Source: Comamonadaceae bacterium (lineage in GTDB: Bacteria; Pseudomonadota; Gammaproteobacteria; Burkholderiales; Burkholderiaceae_C). From it: 61,420 nt of DNA. A model generated the notes under the pieces. The model saw only the letters and a program-made list of their open reading frames with translations. It was not told where the DNA came from and made no database searches. This document shows, one piece after another, positions 19,938-29,410 of this stretch (position 1 is its first letter; every line of letters begins with the position of its first letter). The translations under genes and the position numbers were made by a program. Where the stretch lies: positions 1-61,420 of the forward strand of contig CANFMK010000001.1 of NCBI GenBank assembly GCA_947448325.1. The letters are read 5' to 3'.

Positions 19938-20204
19938 ATGACCAATTTGACCATCGCGCTCGACGAGAACCTCGTCAAACAGGCCCGCATCAAGGCCATC
20001 CAAGAAGGCACCTCGCTGAGCGCGAAGGTGCGCGAGTTGTTGTCGCTGTATGTGCGGCAAGACATGCCGACTGCGCCCGTGGTGATTCCTAAGTTGCCAG
20101 TATCGAAAGCTGGCGGCGGGCTGCAACCGGGCATTGACCCCAGCAGCAACCGCTCTATGTACGACGCCATGGACGCGGGCATGGACGTGAACAATCTGAC
20201 ATGA
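19938..20204 (+). CDS. Type II antitoxin (ribbon-helix-helix, DUF6364-like)
   Basis: 'MTNLTIALDENLVKQARIKA..EGTSLS..VRELL' RHH pattern; ATGA overlap with the PIN gene. Confidence 0.8.
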   Translation: MTNLTIALDENLVKQARIKAIQEGTSLSAKVRELLSLYVRQDMPTAPVVIPKLPVSKAGGGLQPGIDPSSNRSMYDAMDAGMDVNNLT

Positions 20205-20638
20205 CGCCTGACGTGAATGTGCTGGTCGCGGCTTACCGGCCCGACCACCCGCACCACCAAAGTGCCCGCGCCTGGCTTGACGATGCGGTGTTGAGCGCCG
20301 CCAACGGCCGCGCCAGCCTGATGCTTTTGGGCACGGTGGTGACGGGTTTTCTGCGCATCACCACCAGCCCTAAGATATTTCGCGAAATCGATCCGCTGCA
20401 AGACCTCACCGACTTTGTGGACAGCCTGCTCAGCTGCCCCGGTGTGCAGTTTCAGCCCCAAGGGGCGACATGGCCCAACCTGAAACAAGTGTGTCTGACG
20501 CAACACATCGGCGGCAATCTGCTCAGTGATGCATGGATCGCGGCAACCGTCATGCAATCCGGTGAGACACTCTGCACATTCGACCGCGACTTTTCACGCC
20601 TATTGCCCTTCAGCCAATTCCTTTTGCTCAAGCCCTGA
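20201..20638 (+). CDS. vapC: VapC/PIN-domain ribonuclease toxin
   Basis: 'PDVNVLV', 'DAWIAA', 'TFDRDF' PIN acidic residues. Confidence 0.88.
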   Translation: MTPDVNVLVAAYRPDHPHHQSARAWLDDAVLSAANGRASLMLLGTVVTGFLRITTSPKIFREIDPLQDLTDFVDSLLSCPGVQFQPQGATWPNLKQVCLTQHIGGNLLSDAWIAATVMQSGETLCTFDRDFSRLLPFSQFLLLKP

Positions 20639-20650
20639 CACCTCAAGCCC

Positions 20651-21997
20651 ATGTCCACTGTTTTCAATTTCACCTTCGTGCCCTGGTTCCGCTCGGTCGC
20701 GCCTTACATCCACATGCACCGGGGCAAGACCTTTGTGGTGGGCATTGCAGGCGAGGCGATTGCGGCGGGCAAGCTACAACATTTAGCGCAAGACTTGGCA
20801 CTGATCCAAAGCATGGGCGTGAAGATCGTGCTGGTGCATGGCTTTCGACCCCAGGTCAATGAGCAGCTCGCCGCCAAAGGGCATACCCCCAAATACGCCA
20901 AAGGCATTCGCATCACCGACGAGATCGCTTTGGACTGCGCCCAAGAAGCCGCAGGCCAGCTGCGCTACGAAATTGAAGCCGCGTTCAGCCAAGGCCTGCC
21001 CAATACGCCGATGGCGGGCTCTACCGTGCGGGTGATTTCTGGCAACTTCATCACCGCAAGGCCGGTGGGCATCGTGGACGGTGTGGACTTCATGCATTCC
21101 GGCCTGGTGCGCAAGGTGGACGTGCTGGGCATCACCCGCACGCTGGACATGGGCGCCATGGTGCTGCTCTCACCCTTTGGTTTCTCACCCACTGGCGAAG
21201 CCTTTAACCTGACGATGGAAGAAGTGGCGACCAGTGTGGCCACCGAGTTGCAGGCCGACAAATTGATCTTTTTGACGGAAACACACGGCATTCGTGTCAA
21301 CCCTTTGGAGCCGGCCAGCGACGACAACCCGATCGACACCGAACTGCCTCTGGCTGTGGCTAAAAAACTGTTGGCCGACTCGCCTGCTCCGACCGAGCCG
21401 ACCGACATTGGCTTTTACCTGCAGCATTGCGTGAAGGCCTGCGAGGAAGGCGTCGAGCGCTCGCACATCCTGCCCTTCGCAGTCGATGGTGCTTTGCTGC
21501 TGGAGGTGTATGTGCACGATGGCATCGGCACCATGGTGATCGATGAAAAGCTCGAGGAGTTGCGCGAAGCCACGGCCGACGATGTGGGCGGCATTTTGCA
21601 GCTGATCGAGCCGTTTGAAAACGATGGCACCTTGGTCAAACGCAACCGCACCGAGATCGAACGCGATGTGGACCACTACACCATCATCGAGCACGATGGG
21701 GTGATTTTTGCCTGCGCGGCACTTTACCCCTACCCCGAAGGCAAAACCGCCGAGATGGCTGCGCTCACGGTGTCACCGCAGTCCCAAGGCCAAGGCGATG
21801 GCGAGAAGGTGTTGAAACGGGTGGAGCAGCGCGCCCGCGCCATGGGTTTGTCCAGCATCTTTGTGCTGACGACCCGCACCATGCACTGGTTCATCAAACG
21901 CGGCTTCGTGCAAATGGAGCCCGATTGGCTGCCCGAAGCACGCAAGCGCAAATACAACTGGGACCGCAAGAGCCAGGTGCTGGTCAAAAAGCTTTAA
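20651..21997 (+). CDS. argA: Amino-acid N-acetyltransferase (N-acetylglutamate synthase)
   Basis: 'WFRSVAPYIH.HRGKTFVV' kinase-like domain plus GNAT domain 'FVLTTRTMHWF..RGF'. Confidence 0.96.
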   Translation: MSTVFNFTFVPWFRSVAPYIHMHRGKTFVVGIAGEAIAAGKLQHLAQDLALIQSMGVKIVLVHGFRPQVNEQLAAKGHTPKYAKGIRITDEIALDCAQEAAGQLRYEIEAAFSQGLPNTPMAGSTVRVISGNFITARPVGIVDGVDFMHSGLVRKVDVLGITRTLDMGAMVLLSPFGFSPTGEAFNLTMEEVATSVATELQADKLIFLTETHGIRVNPLEPASDDNPIDTELPLAVAKKLLADSPAPTEPTDIGFYLQHCVKACEEGVERSHILPFAVDGALLLEVYVHDGIGTMVIDEKLEELREATADDVGGILQLIEPFENDGTLVKRNRTEIERDVDHYTIIEHDGVIFACAALYPYPEGKTAEMAALTVSPQSQGQGDGEKVLKRVEQRARAMGLSSIFVLTTRTMHWFIKRGFVQMEPDWLPEARKRKYNWDRKSQVLVKKL

Positions 21998-22003
21998 AGG
22001 GGT

Positions 22004-22513
22004 TCAGCCGAAGCGGCGTTGACGCAGGGCCTTGAAAACGATCAAGACGCCGATCAAGCCCAAACCGACAAAGCAGGCAAAAGACCAGTTGGCAATCGAA
22101 CCACCCAGAAAGGTCCAGTCGACCTTGGTGCAGTCGCCACTGCCCTTGAAAACCATGGGAATCACCCGTTGCAGCGGGAAGTTTTCAATCATGCCGTACA
22201 GGTCACGCCCGCAGGTCACGATCTCAGGCGGATACCACTGCAGCCAGCTTTGACGGGCCGCCACAAAAGCGCCAAAACCTGCCACCAAGGTCATGAGCGC
22301 AGCCACGGCGGCCATGCGACCGTATCGCTGCAGACGCGAACCCAGCAAAGCCAGCAGCGCCACCCCGATCAAGGCGTAACGCTGCACGATGCACATGGGG
22401 CAAGGGTTCAGTCCCTCCACCTCCTGTAAATACAGGCCAAAGGCCAGCATGCACACACCCGCCAAAGCGATCAGGCCAAAGACCCGGCGAAACGGTGGAG
22501 GTTTGAGAAACAT
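22004..22513 (-). CDS. dsbB: Disulfide bond formation protein B
   Basis: 'PCPMCIVQR', second Cys pair, four TM segments. Confidence 0.93.
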   Translation of the reverse strand: MFLKPPPFRRVFGLIALAGVCMLAFGLYLQEVEGLNPCPMCIVQRYALIGVALLALLGSRLQRYGRMAAVAALMTLVAGFGAFVAARQSWLQWYPPEIVTCGRDLYGMIENFPLQRVIPMVFKGSGDCTKVDWTFLGGSIANWSFACFVGLGLIGVLIVFKALRQRRFG

Positions 22514-22522
22514 GCGCTGAGT

Positions 22523-23299
22523 TTAGCTTTCAGCGAAAGCCCGTTCGATCACAAAGGCACCCGGCTTGGTGGTGTTGCCTTCGGGCAAACCGTTCTTCTC
22601 GCACAGGGCCTTGAGGTCGCGCAGCATTTCGGGGCTGCCGCAAATCATGACGCGGTCTTCAGCGGGGTTGAGTGGGGGCACGCCCAGGTCTTCAAACAAC
22701 TTGCCACTCTCCATCAGGTCGGTGACGCGGCCTTGGTTTTTAAAAGGCTCGCGGGTCACTGTGGGGTAGTACTTCAGTTGCTTGCTGACCATCTCGCCCA
22801 AAAATTCGTTTTGCGGCAGCTCTTGGGTGATGTAGTCGTGGTAGGCCAACTCATTGACTTGGCGCACCCCGTGCAACAAGATCACTTGCTCAAAGCGCTC
22901 ATAAGTATCGGGGTCGCGGATGATGCTCATGAACGGGGCCAAGCCGGTGCCGGTGCCGATCAGGTACAGACGTTTGCCGGGCAGCAAATAGTCGATCAGC
23001 AAAGTGCCTGTAGGTTTGCGCCCCACCACAATGGTGTCGCCCACCTGAATGTGCTGCAGTTTGGAGGTCAACGGGCCGTCGGGCACTTTGATGCTCAAAA
23101 ACTCCAGGTGTTCTTCGTAATTGGCGCTGGCGATGCTGTAAGCGCGCAACAAGGGTTTGCCGTTGTCGCCGCGCAAACCGATCATGGTGAAGTGGCCGTT
23201 GGAAAAGCGCAGGGCTTGATCGCGGGTGGTGGTGAAGCTGAACAAACGATCGGTCCAGTGGTGAACGCTCAGGACGCGCTCTTCGAGAAATGCACTCAT
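22523..23299 (-). CDS. fpr: Ferredoxin--NADP reductase (Fpr type)
   Basis: 'RAYSIAS', 'GPLTSKL', 'GTGLAPF', 'MICGSP.M', 'ERAF'. Confidence 0.95.
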   Translation of the reverse strand: MSAFLEERVLSVHHWTDRLFSFTTTRDQALRFSNGHFTMIGLRGDNGKPLLRAYSIASANYEEHLEFLSIKVPDGPLTSKLQHIQVGDTIVVGRKPTGTLLIDYLLPGKRLYLIGTGTGLAPFMSIIRDPDTYERFEQVILLHGVRQVNELAYHDYITQELPQNEFLGEMVSKQLKYYPTVTREPFKNQGRVTDLMESGKLFEDLGVPPLNPAEDRVMICGSPEMLRDLKALCEKNGLPEGNTTKPGAFVIERAFAES

Positions 23300-23544
23300 G
23301 ACAACTCGTGTGATTGAAAAAAAGACAGGGGTATCAAACCCTGCAGAATGAAAGGACAGCCCAAAGCTTGCTAAAGTGTCGCCCTGTCAAGGGCATGCAA
23401 GCGCCAATTCAATGGCTCCATGGTGACATGGTCAACGGACGTCTCAAGAAGTCCGATTTTGCAGGCCCATTCGCATTCGTGGAAATACGAAGATTTTATA
23501 TCCGTATAACCGCTGCTTCTTTAGCGACTATCAAAGGACTCGTC

Positions 23545-23820
23545 ATGGCACGCACCGTCAACTGCATCAAATTGGGCAAAGAGGCCGAAGGCTTGGACTT
23601 TCCGCCCTACCCGGGCGATCTGGGCAAACGCATTTGGGAAGGTGTGAGCAAACAAGCCTGGGCCGATTGGCTCAAGCACCAGACCATGTTGGTCAACGAA
23701 AACCGCCTGAACCTGGCCGATCTGCGCGCCCGTCAATACCTGGCTCGCCAGATGGAAAACCATTTCTTCGGGGGTGGCGCCGACGCCGCACAAGGCTACG
23801 TGCCGCCTCCCAGCGCCTGA
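23545..23820 (+). CDS. yggX: Fe(II)-trafficking / oxidative damage protection protein
   Basis: '[50 protein letters not shown]'. Confidence 0.95.
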   Translation: MARTVNCIKLGKEAEGLDFPPYPGDLGKRIWEGVSKQAWADWLKHQTMLVNENRLNLADLRARQYLARQMENHFFGGGADAAQGYVPPPSA

Positions 23821-23821
23821 G

Positions 23822-25057
23822 GTGCCCCCAACGAAGGACATCAAGGACCGGCGTATCACCGTGGTGGGCGCCGGCATGGCCGGGGCCGCAGTGGCCTTCA
23901 GCCTGGCCCAGCGCGGCTGGCAGGTGGAGGTTTTAGAGGCCGCGCCTGCCTTGGGGGCCGGCGCTTCAGGCCTGCCCGTTGGCTTGGCCGCGCCCCATGT
24001 ATCGCCAGACGACAACGTACTGTCGCGCATCACCCGCGCGGGTGTTCAAGCCACCCTGGAGCGCGCGCAATCTCTCGCCCAAGCAGGCGCCCTGAGCGCC
24101 CAAGACTGGGGCTTGACGGGCGTCCTGGAGCACCGCATCCAAAGCAAGCGGGATCTGCCCTCGGGCAAAGCCTTACCTCAAGCCCACGAAATTTGGAGCA
24201 CCCGCGCCAGCCAGGCCCAGGTGGACGCCGCGGGTTTGGCGATCGGCAGTCCGACGCTCTGGCACAGCCAAGCCGCCTGGCTGAGACCCAGGCGATTGGT
24301 GGCGGCCCAATTGGCTTTACCCGGCATTCGTTTGCAATTGGGCTGCAAGGTGCAGCGTATCTCCTACAACACAGCTGGCTGGGCTGTGTGGCATGAAGAT
24401 GGTCGCCTGTTGGCACAAACGCCTGAGCTGGTCTTGGCCAGTGCCTATGACACGGCAGAACTGCTGCGAGGCTTCCTGTCCAGCGAGACGGGGCCCCAGT
24501 TGCAACTTCCTTTGCATCCGCTGCGCGGACAAATCAGTTTTGGGCGGGTCGATGCCCTGCCCTCGGCCACCCAAGCGCATCTACCCCCTTTCCCTGTGAA
24601 CGGCCATGGCAGTTTCATCAGCGGTGTGTCCGCACCGGTCAACGATGCGGCGCATTGGTTCATCGGCTCCACGTTTGAGCGGGACAGCACCCAAGCGCCG
24701 GTCCGAGACGAGGACCACGCAGCCAACCAAACCCGGCTGAACACTTTGTTGCCGCACTTGGCCGAAGGCATGGCGCGTGGCTTTGAGCCCGAACACATTC
24801 AGGGTTGGGCGGGGCTGCGCTGCACCCTGCCCGATCGCCTGCCTGCGGTCGGCCCCATCGATCCAGGGCGATGGCCCGGCTTGCATCTTTGCACCGGCAT
24901 GGGCGCGCGCGGCATCAGCTTGTCGGTGCTGTGTGGCGAGATCATGGCGGCCCACCTGGAAGGCACGCCGCATCCGCTGGCGCCCGAGCTGGCACGGCAC
25001 ATGGCAGCGCAACGCTTTGTCAAAACGCCAGCCCTGTCTCCTAAATTCCCAGCCTGA
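23822..25057 (+). CDS. FAD-dependent oxidoreductase, MnmC C-terminal (cmnm5s2U oxidase)-like domain only
   Basis: 'VVGAGMAGAAVA', 'GASG.P', 'RGQI', 'GLRCTLPDRLPAVGP', 'GMGARG'; start uncertain (GTG at 23822). Confidence 0.75.
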   Translation: MPPTKDIKDRRITVVGAGMAGAAVAFSLAQRGWQVEVLEAAPALGAGASGLPVGLAAPHVSPDDNVLSRITRAGVQATLERAQSLAQAGALSAQDWGLTGVLEHRIQSKRDLPSGKALPQAHEIWSTRASQAQVDAAGLAIGSPTLWHSQAAWLRPRRLVAAQLALPGIRLQLGCKVQRISYNTAGWAVWHEDGRLLAQTPELVLASAYDTAELLRGFLSSETGPQLQLPLHPLRGQISFGRVDALPSATQAHLPPFPVNGHGSFISGVSAPVNDAAHWFIGSTFERDSTQAPVRDEDHAANQTRLNTLLPHLAEGMARGFEPEHIQGWAGLRCTLPDRLPAVGPIDPGRWPGLHLCTGMGARGISLSVLCGEIMAAHLEGTPHPLAPELARHMAAQRFVKTPALSPKFPA

Positions 25058-25082
25058 AGCTGGATTTCAGAATAATGGCGGC

Positions 25083-26321
25083 ATGAAACAAACTGACCTG
25101 TCTCGCTGGAACACACTGCTGATCTTGGGCGGTGCCGCGACGATGCTGAGCTTGGCCATGGGCATGCGGCAAAGTTTTGGCTTGCTGCAACCGCACATGA
25201 TTCGCGACATCGGCATCACCGCGGCCGACTTTTCACTGGCCATTGCCATTCAAAACATCGTGTGGGGCGCGACCCAACCGTTTATGGGCATCTTCGCCGA
25301 CCGCCATGGCGCCCGACCTGTGGCCCTGTTCGGGGTGGTGGTCTATGCCATAGGCTTGGGCTTTGCCGTCACGGCCACATCGGCCTGGAGTGTGACGCTG
25401 GGCATGGGTCTGTGTGTGGGGCTGGCTTTGTCGTGCACGGCGTCGAACATCGCCATGAGTGTGACCGCCAAGACCGTCTCACCCGCCAAGCGCAGCATGG
25501 CCATGGGTTCTGTCTCGGCGCTCGGCTCCCTGGGTCTGACCTTGGCCTCCCCACTGGCGCAGCATTTGATCTCGACCTCGGGTTGGCAAACCGCCTTGAT
25601 CGGTTTTCTGGGGCTGGCCAGCGTCATGCTGCCAGCGGCCTGGATGGCCAGTCGGGCTGACAAGATCAAAGTACCCGCCCCCCTGGGCGCAGCTCAAACT
25701 GTGACGCAAGCCATTCAAGAGGCGCTCGGTCACAAAGGCTATGTGGTGTTGGCGATCGCCTTTTTCGTCTGCGGCTTGCAACTGGTGTTCATCACCACCC
25801 ACCTGCCCACCTACCTGGACATTTGCGGCATCGACCCGAGTGTGGGCAGCACCGCATTGGCTTTGGTGGGCCTGTTCAACGTCATGGGCTCGTACCTGTT
25901 CGGCTGGCTGGGCGGCTTGTATTCCAAGCGCTTCTTATTGGGCGGCATTTACGTCTTGCGCTCCATCTTCATCGCAGCCTACTTTGTCGTGCCACCGACA
26001 CCCACCAGCACCCTGGTGTTTGCCGCCGCCATGGGCACCTTGTGGTTGGGCGTGGTGCCCTTGGTCTCGGGTCTGGTGATCCATCTGTTCGGTCTGCGTT
26101 ACATGGCCACTTTGTCGGGCGTGGCGTTTTTGAGCCACCAAGTCGGCTCCTTTATAGGCGCCTGGGGCGGCGGTTTGATTTACAGCCGTTTAGGCAACTA
26201 CGACCTGGCTTGGCAAGGCGCCGTGGCCATTGGCTTGGCGGCCGGCTTGTTCCAAATGACCATGAATATCCAGCCTTCGGCGCGGATTTTGGCAGAGCGC
26301 AACCCCGCTGCACCCGCCTGA
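25083..26321 (+). CDS. MFS transporter
   Basis: 'GMRQSFGL', 'GIFADRHGAR', 'FFVCGLQ', 'SHQVGSFIGAWGGG'. Confidence 0.9.
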   Translation: MKQTDLSRWNTLLILGGAATMLSLAMGMRQSFGLLQPHMIRDIGITAADFSLAIAIQNIVWGATQPFMGIFADRHGARPVALFGVVVYAIGLGFAVTATSAWSVTLGMGLCVGLALSCTASNIAMSVTAKTVSPAKRSMAMGSVSALGSLGLTLASPLAQHLISTSGWQTALIGFLGLASVMLPAAWMASRADKIKVPAPLGAAQTVTQAIQEALGHKGYVVLAIAFFVCGLQLVFITTHLPTYLDICGIDPSVGSTALALVGLFNVMGSYLFGWLGGLYSKRFLLGGIYVLRSIFIAAYFVVPPTPTSTLVFAAAMGTLWLGVVPLVSGLVIHLFGLRYMATLSGVAFLSHQVGSFIGAWGGGLIYSRLGNYDLAWQGAVAIGLAAGLFQMTMNIQPSARILAERNPAAPA

Positions 26322-26331
26322 ACTCGTCTCT

Positions 26332-26374
26332 TATGCTCATTTGGCATATATCTACAACCAATAAATCGTTGGTT
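26332..26374. promoter_or_regulatory. LysR (CysB-like) binding region upstream of the cys operon
   Basis: TATGC-N7-GCATA (a T-N11-A box) plus AACCAA-N7-TTGGTT in an AT-rich intergenic region. Confidence 0.55.
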
Positions 26375-26404
26375 TTGGCATAAAGAGCGGCTAAAGTCGC
26401 GCCC

Positions 26405-27196
26405 ATGATTGATTTGGGCTATGTCTTTGCAGGATTTTTTGTCGGCACCATCGTGGGGTTGACCGGTGTGGGCGGCGGCTCCTTGATGACGCCCTTGCTG
26501 ATCTTTTTCTTTGGCGTCAAACCCTATATGGCGGTGGGCACCGATTTGCTGTTTGCCGCATTCACCAAGATGGGCGGCACCGTCAGCTTCATGCGCCAGC
26601 GCATCGTCCCTTGGCGGGTGGTCGTCCAACTCAGCTTGGGCAGTATTCCGGCGGCGTTGATCACTTTGAGCGTTTTGCACCAGGTCGGTCCAGCCGATCC
26701 GGCGGTGCAGTCCCTGATGACCACCACCTTGGGCCTGGCCTTGCTGCTCACCGCTGCCGCCACTTTGTACAAGGCGCTGCGGGGCAAGTACACTCCACGG
26801 TCGATTTCTGAAGAAGCCCTCAACCACGCCACTGTGGCCAGACATTGGAGCTTGCCCATTCTCTTTGGTGCTTTGATCGGGGCTTTGGTCACTTTGACCT
26901 CGGTCGGCGCAGGCGCCATTGGCGTGAGCGTGTTGCTGGTCTTGTTCCCCCGGTTGCCCTTGCCGCGCATTGTGGCGGCGGACATTGCCTATGCGGTGCC
27001 GCTGACCTTGGTGGCCGGTATGGGCCATGCTTCTTTGGGTTCGGTGGACTGGCCATTGCTTCTCAAGCTGTTGGCTGGTTCTTTGCCGGGTATTTGGCTG
27101 GGCTCCAAGTTGATGCACCGTGCGCCCGAAAAAATGATTCGCGCTTTGCTCTCGGTACTGCTGGCCTGGGCGGGCACCAAACTGGTTTTGATTTGA
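26405..27196 (+). CDS. TauE/SafE family sulfite/sulfate transporter
   Basis: 'VGLTGVGGGSLMTPLL', 'AVGTDL', 'TSVGAGAIG'. Confidence 0.9.
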   Translation: MIDLGYVFAGFFVGTIVGLTGVGGGSLMTPLLIFFFGVKPYMAVGTDLLFAAFTKMGGTVSFMRQRIVPWRVVVQLSLGSIPAALITLSVLHQVGPADPAVQSLMTTTLGLALLLTAAATLYKALRGKYTPRSISEEALNHATVARHWSLPILFGALIGALVTLTSVGAGAIGVSVLLVLFPRLPLPRIVAADIAYAVPLTLVAGMGHASLGSVDWPLLLKLLAGSLPGIWLGSKLMHRAPEKMIRALLSVLLAWAGTKLVLI

Positions 27197-27205
27197 AGTT
27201 TTGAC

Positions 27206-29014
27206 ATGTACCAATACACCGCATTTGACACTCAATTTGTGCGAGCCCGCGCCGCGCAACACCGTGACCAACTGGAACGCTGGCAGGCTGGGCAACTGAG
27301 CGACGATGAATTCAAGCCATTGCGACTGCAAAACGGCTGGTACGTGCAGCGCTACGCGCCCATGCTGCGGGTGGCTGTGCCTTATGGCGAGATCTCGGCG
27401 CCTCAGCTCAAAGTCCTGGCGCAAATCGCCCGTGAGTACGACAGCCCCGATGACGCCTTGCTGACCCAAGCGCAGGCGACTCAGGACAAATTGCCCGGTG
27501 CAGCCCCCCGATTGACGACCAACTACGGTCACTTCACCACGCGCCAGAACGTGCAGTTCAACTGGATTCCCTTGTCCCAATCCGCCGATGTGATGGACCT
27601 GTTGGCCAGCGTGAACATGCATGGCATTCAAACCAGCGGTAACTGCATTCGAAACACCACCACCGACGAATTGGCCGGGGTGGCTGTGGACGAGGTGGTC
27701 GACCCTCGGCCGTATGCTGAACTGATTCGGCAATGGAGCACGCTGCACCCCGAGTTTGCGTTTTTGCCGCGCAAGTTCAAGATCGCCATCACCGGCGCGC
27801 ATGAAGATCGCGCCGCCATTGGCTGGCACGACGTAGGCCTGCAAATGGTGAAGAACACCAGCGGTGAAGTTGGCTTCAAAGTGCTGGTGGGCGGCGGCAT
27901 GGGCCGCACCCCGGTGGTGGGCTCGCAAATTCGCGAGTTCCTGCCGTGGAACCAAATCATGAATTACCTCGAAGCCGTGATCAGGGTCTACAACCGCTGG
28001 GGCCGCCGCGACAACCTGTACAAAGCCCGCATCAAAATCTTGGTGAAAGCCGAAGGCCAGCGCTACTTTGACGAAGTGGAAACCGAATTCAAAGCCATTG
28101 TGGAGCACGATGGCGGCCTGCATACCATCCCGCAAGCCGAACTCGACCGCGTCTCGGCCTGCTTCGCTGCACCCGCGCTGAACCTGCCAGCCGTCACGCC
28201 CGAATGGATCGCCAAAGCCGAAGCCGACGTCAGCATCGAGGCCGCCAAAACACCCGCCTTCGCCCGGTGGATCGCGCAAAACGTGCTGCCGCACCAAAAC
28301 CCCGCCCTGCGCGCGGTGAAACTGTCTTTCAAGCGCGTGGGCCAAGCCCCCGGCGACGCCACTGCCGACCAACTCAACGCCGCTGCGGCCTTGGTGGCCC
28401 AGTATTCCGCTGGCGAAGCCCGCGTCACACACACGCAAAATCTGGTCTTGCCTTGGGTGCGCTTGGACCAGTTACACGCCCTTTGGCTCGAAACCAAATC
28501 GCTGGGTCTTGCTCAGCCCAATATCGGTTTACTGACCGACATGATCGCCTGCCCCGGCGGTGACTATTGCGCGCTGGCCAACGCACGCTCGCTGCCTTTG
28601 GCGGCCGCCATCACCGAGCGTTACCAAGACCTGGACGAGCTCGATGACCTGGGGCACATCGACTTTCACATCAGCGGCTGCATCAACTCCTGCGGACACC
28701 ACCACTCGGGCCACATTGGCATTTTGGGTGTGGATAAAGACGGCAAAGAGTGGTACCAAGTCACCTTGGGCGGCTCGGACGGCAAAGACCTGTCCGGCCC
28801 CACCGGCCCCGGCAAAGTGGTGGGTCCCTCGTTTTCATCGTTTGAAGTGCCGGATGTGATCGAAGCGATTTTGGACACCTACAAAGCCCTGCGCCAACCC
28901 GCGCAAGGCCGCCTCGAGTACTTCATCGAAACCCTTCGCCGCGTCGGCCAGGACCCGTTCAAGTCCGCCGCCAACGCAGCGCGCCACCCTGCCGCTGATG
29001 CGCAAGCAGCCTGA
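27206..29014 (+). CDS. cysI: Sulfite reductase hemoprotein (ferredoxin-type CysI)
   Basis: 'HFTTRQNVQ', 'LPRKFKIA', siroheme/Fe-S motifs 'CPGGDYC' and 'SGCINSCG'. Confidence 0.92.
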   Translation: MYQYTAFDTQFVRARAAQHRDQLERWQAGQLSDDEFKPLRLQNGWYVQRYAPMLRVAVPYGEISAPQLKVLAQIAREYDSPDDALLTQAQATQDKLPGAAPRLTTNYGHFTTRQNVQFNWIPLSQSADVMDLLASVNMHGIQTSGNCIRNTTTDELAGVAVDEVVDPRPYAELIRQWSTLHPEFAFLPRKFKIAITGAHEDRAAIGWHDVGLQMVKNTSGEVGFKVLVGGGMGRTPVVGSQIREFLPWNQIMNYLEAVIRVYNRWGRRDNLYKARIKILVKAEGQRYFDEVETEFKAIVEHDGGLHTIPQAELDRVSACFAAPALNLPAVTPEWIAKAEADVSIEAAKTPAFARWIAQNVLPHQNPALRAVKLSFKRVGQAPGDATADQLNAAAALVAQYSAGEARVTHTQNLVLPWVRLDQLHALWLETKSLGLAQPNIGLLTDMIACPGGDYCALANARSLPLAAAITERYQDLDELDDLGHIDFHISGCINSCGHHHSGHIGILGVDKDGKEWYQVTLGGSDGKDLSGPTGPGKVVGPSFSSFEVPDVIEAILDTYKALRQPAQGRLEYFIETLRRVGQDPFKSAANAARHPAADAQAA

Positions 29015-29032
29015 ATGCAAGGGAAACACCCC

Positions 29033-29410
29033 ATGAAAATCATCTCCGCCCAAGAACACCATGCCGCTGTATCGCCCACAGCGCTGTTGCTGGCCAACGA
29101 CCTGGACCCGTGCGCGCTGGACCTGACTGGCGTCACACGCATCGACCTGGTCTTTCCCAAATTCACCGATGGTCGCGCCTACAGCCAGGCCTTTTTGCTG
29201 CGTCGCCGTTTGGGCTTTGCGGGCGAATTGCGCGCCACCGGCGACGTGCTGATCGACCAACTGGTGCAAATGCAGCGCACCGGTTTTGACGTCGCCGTGC
29301 TCAAAGAAGGCGTTGACGCCTCTGCTGCGCAGCGCCAGTTTGAACGCTTTGCCGGCTTTTACCAAGGCTCGGCCGTTGAAGCGTCACCCCAGTTCGCCAA
29401 GGCCACCTGA
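29033..29410 (+). CDS. DUF934 family protein
   Basis: 'FPKFTDGRAYSQA.LLR.R.GF.GELRATGDVL.DQL'; usual CysI neighbour. Confidence 0.9.
   Translation: MKIISAQEHHAAVSPTALLLANDLDPCALDLTGVTRIDLVFPKFTDGRAYSQAFLLRRRLGFAGELRATGDVLIDQLVQMQRTGFDVAVLKEGVDASAAQRQFERFAGFYQGSAVEASPQFAKAT

Noticed and set aside
26198-28438. 746-aa minus-strand ORF
   Set aside because: Antisense to tauE and cysI, with no recognisable motifs; typical high-GC shadow ORF.
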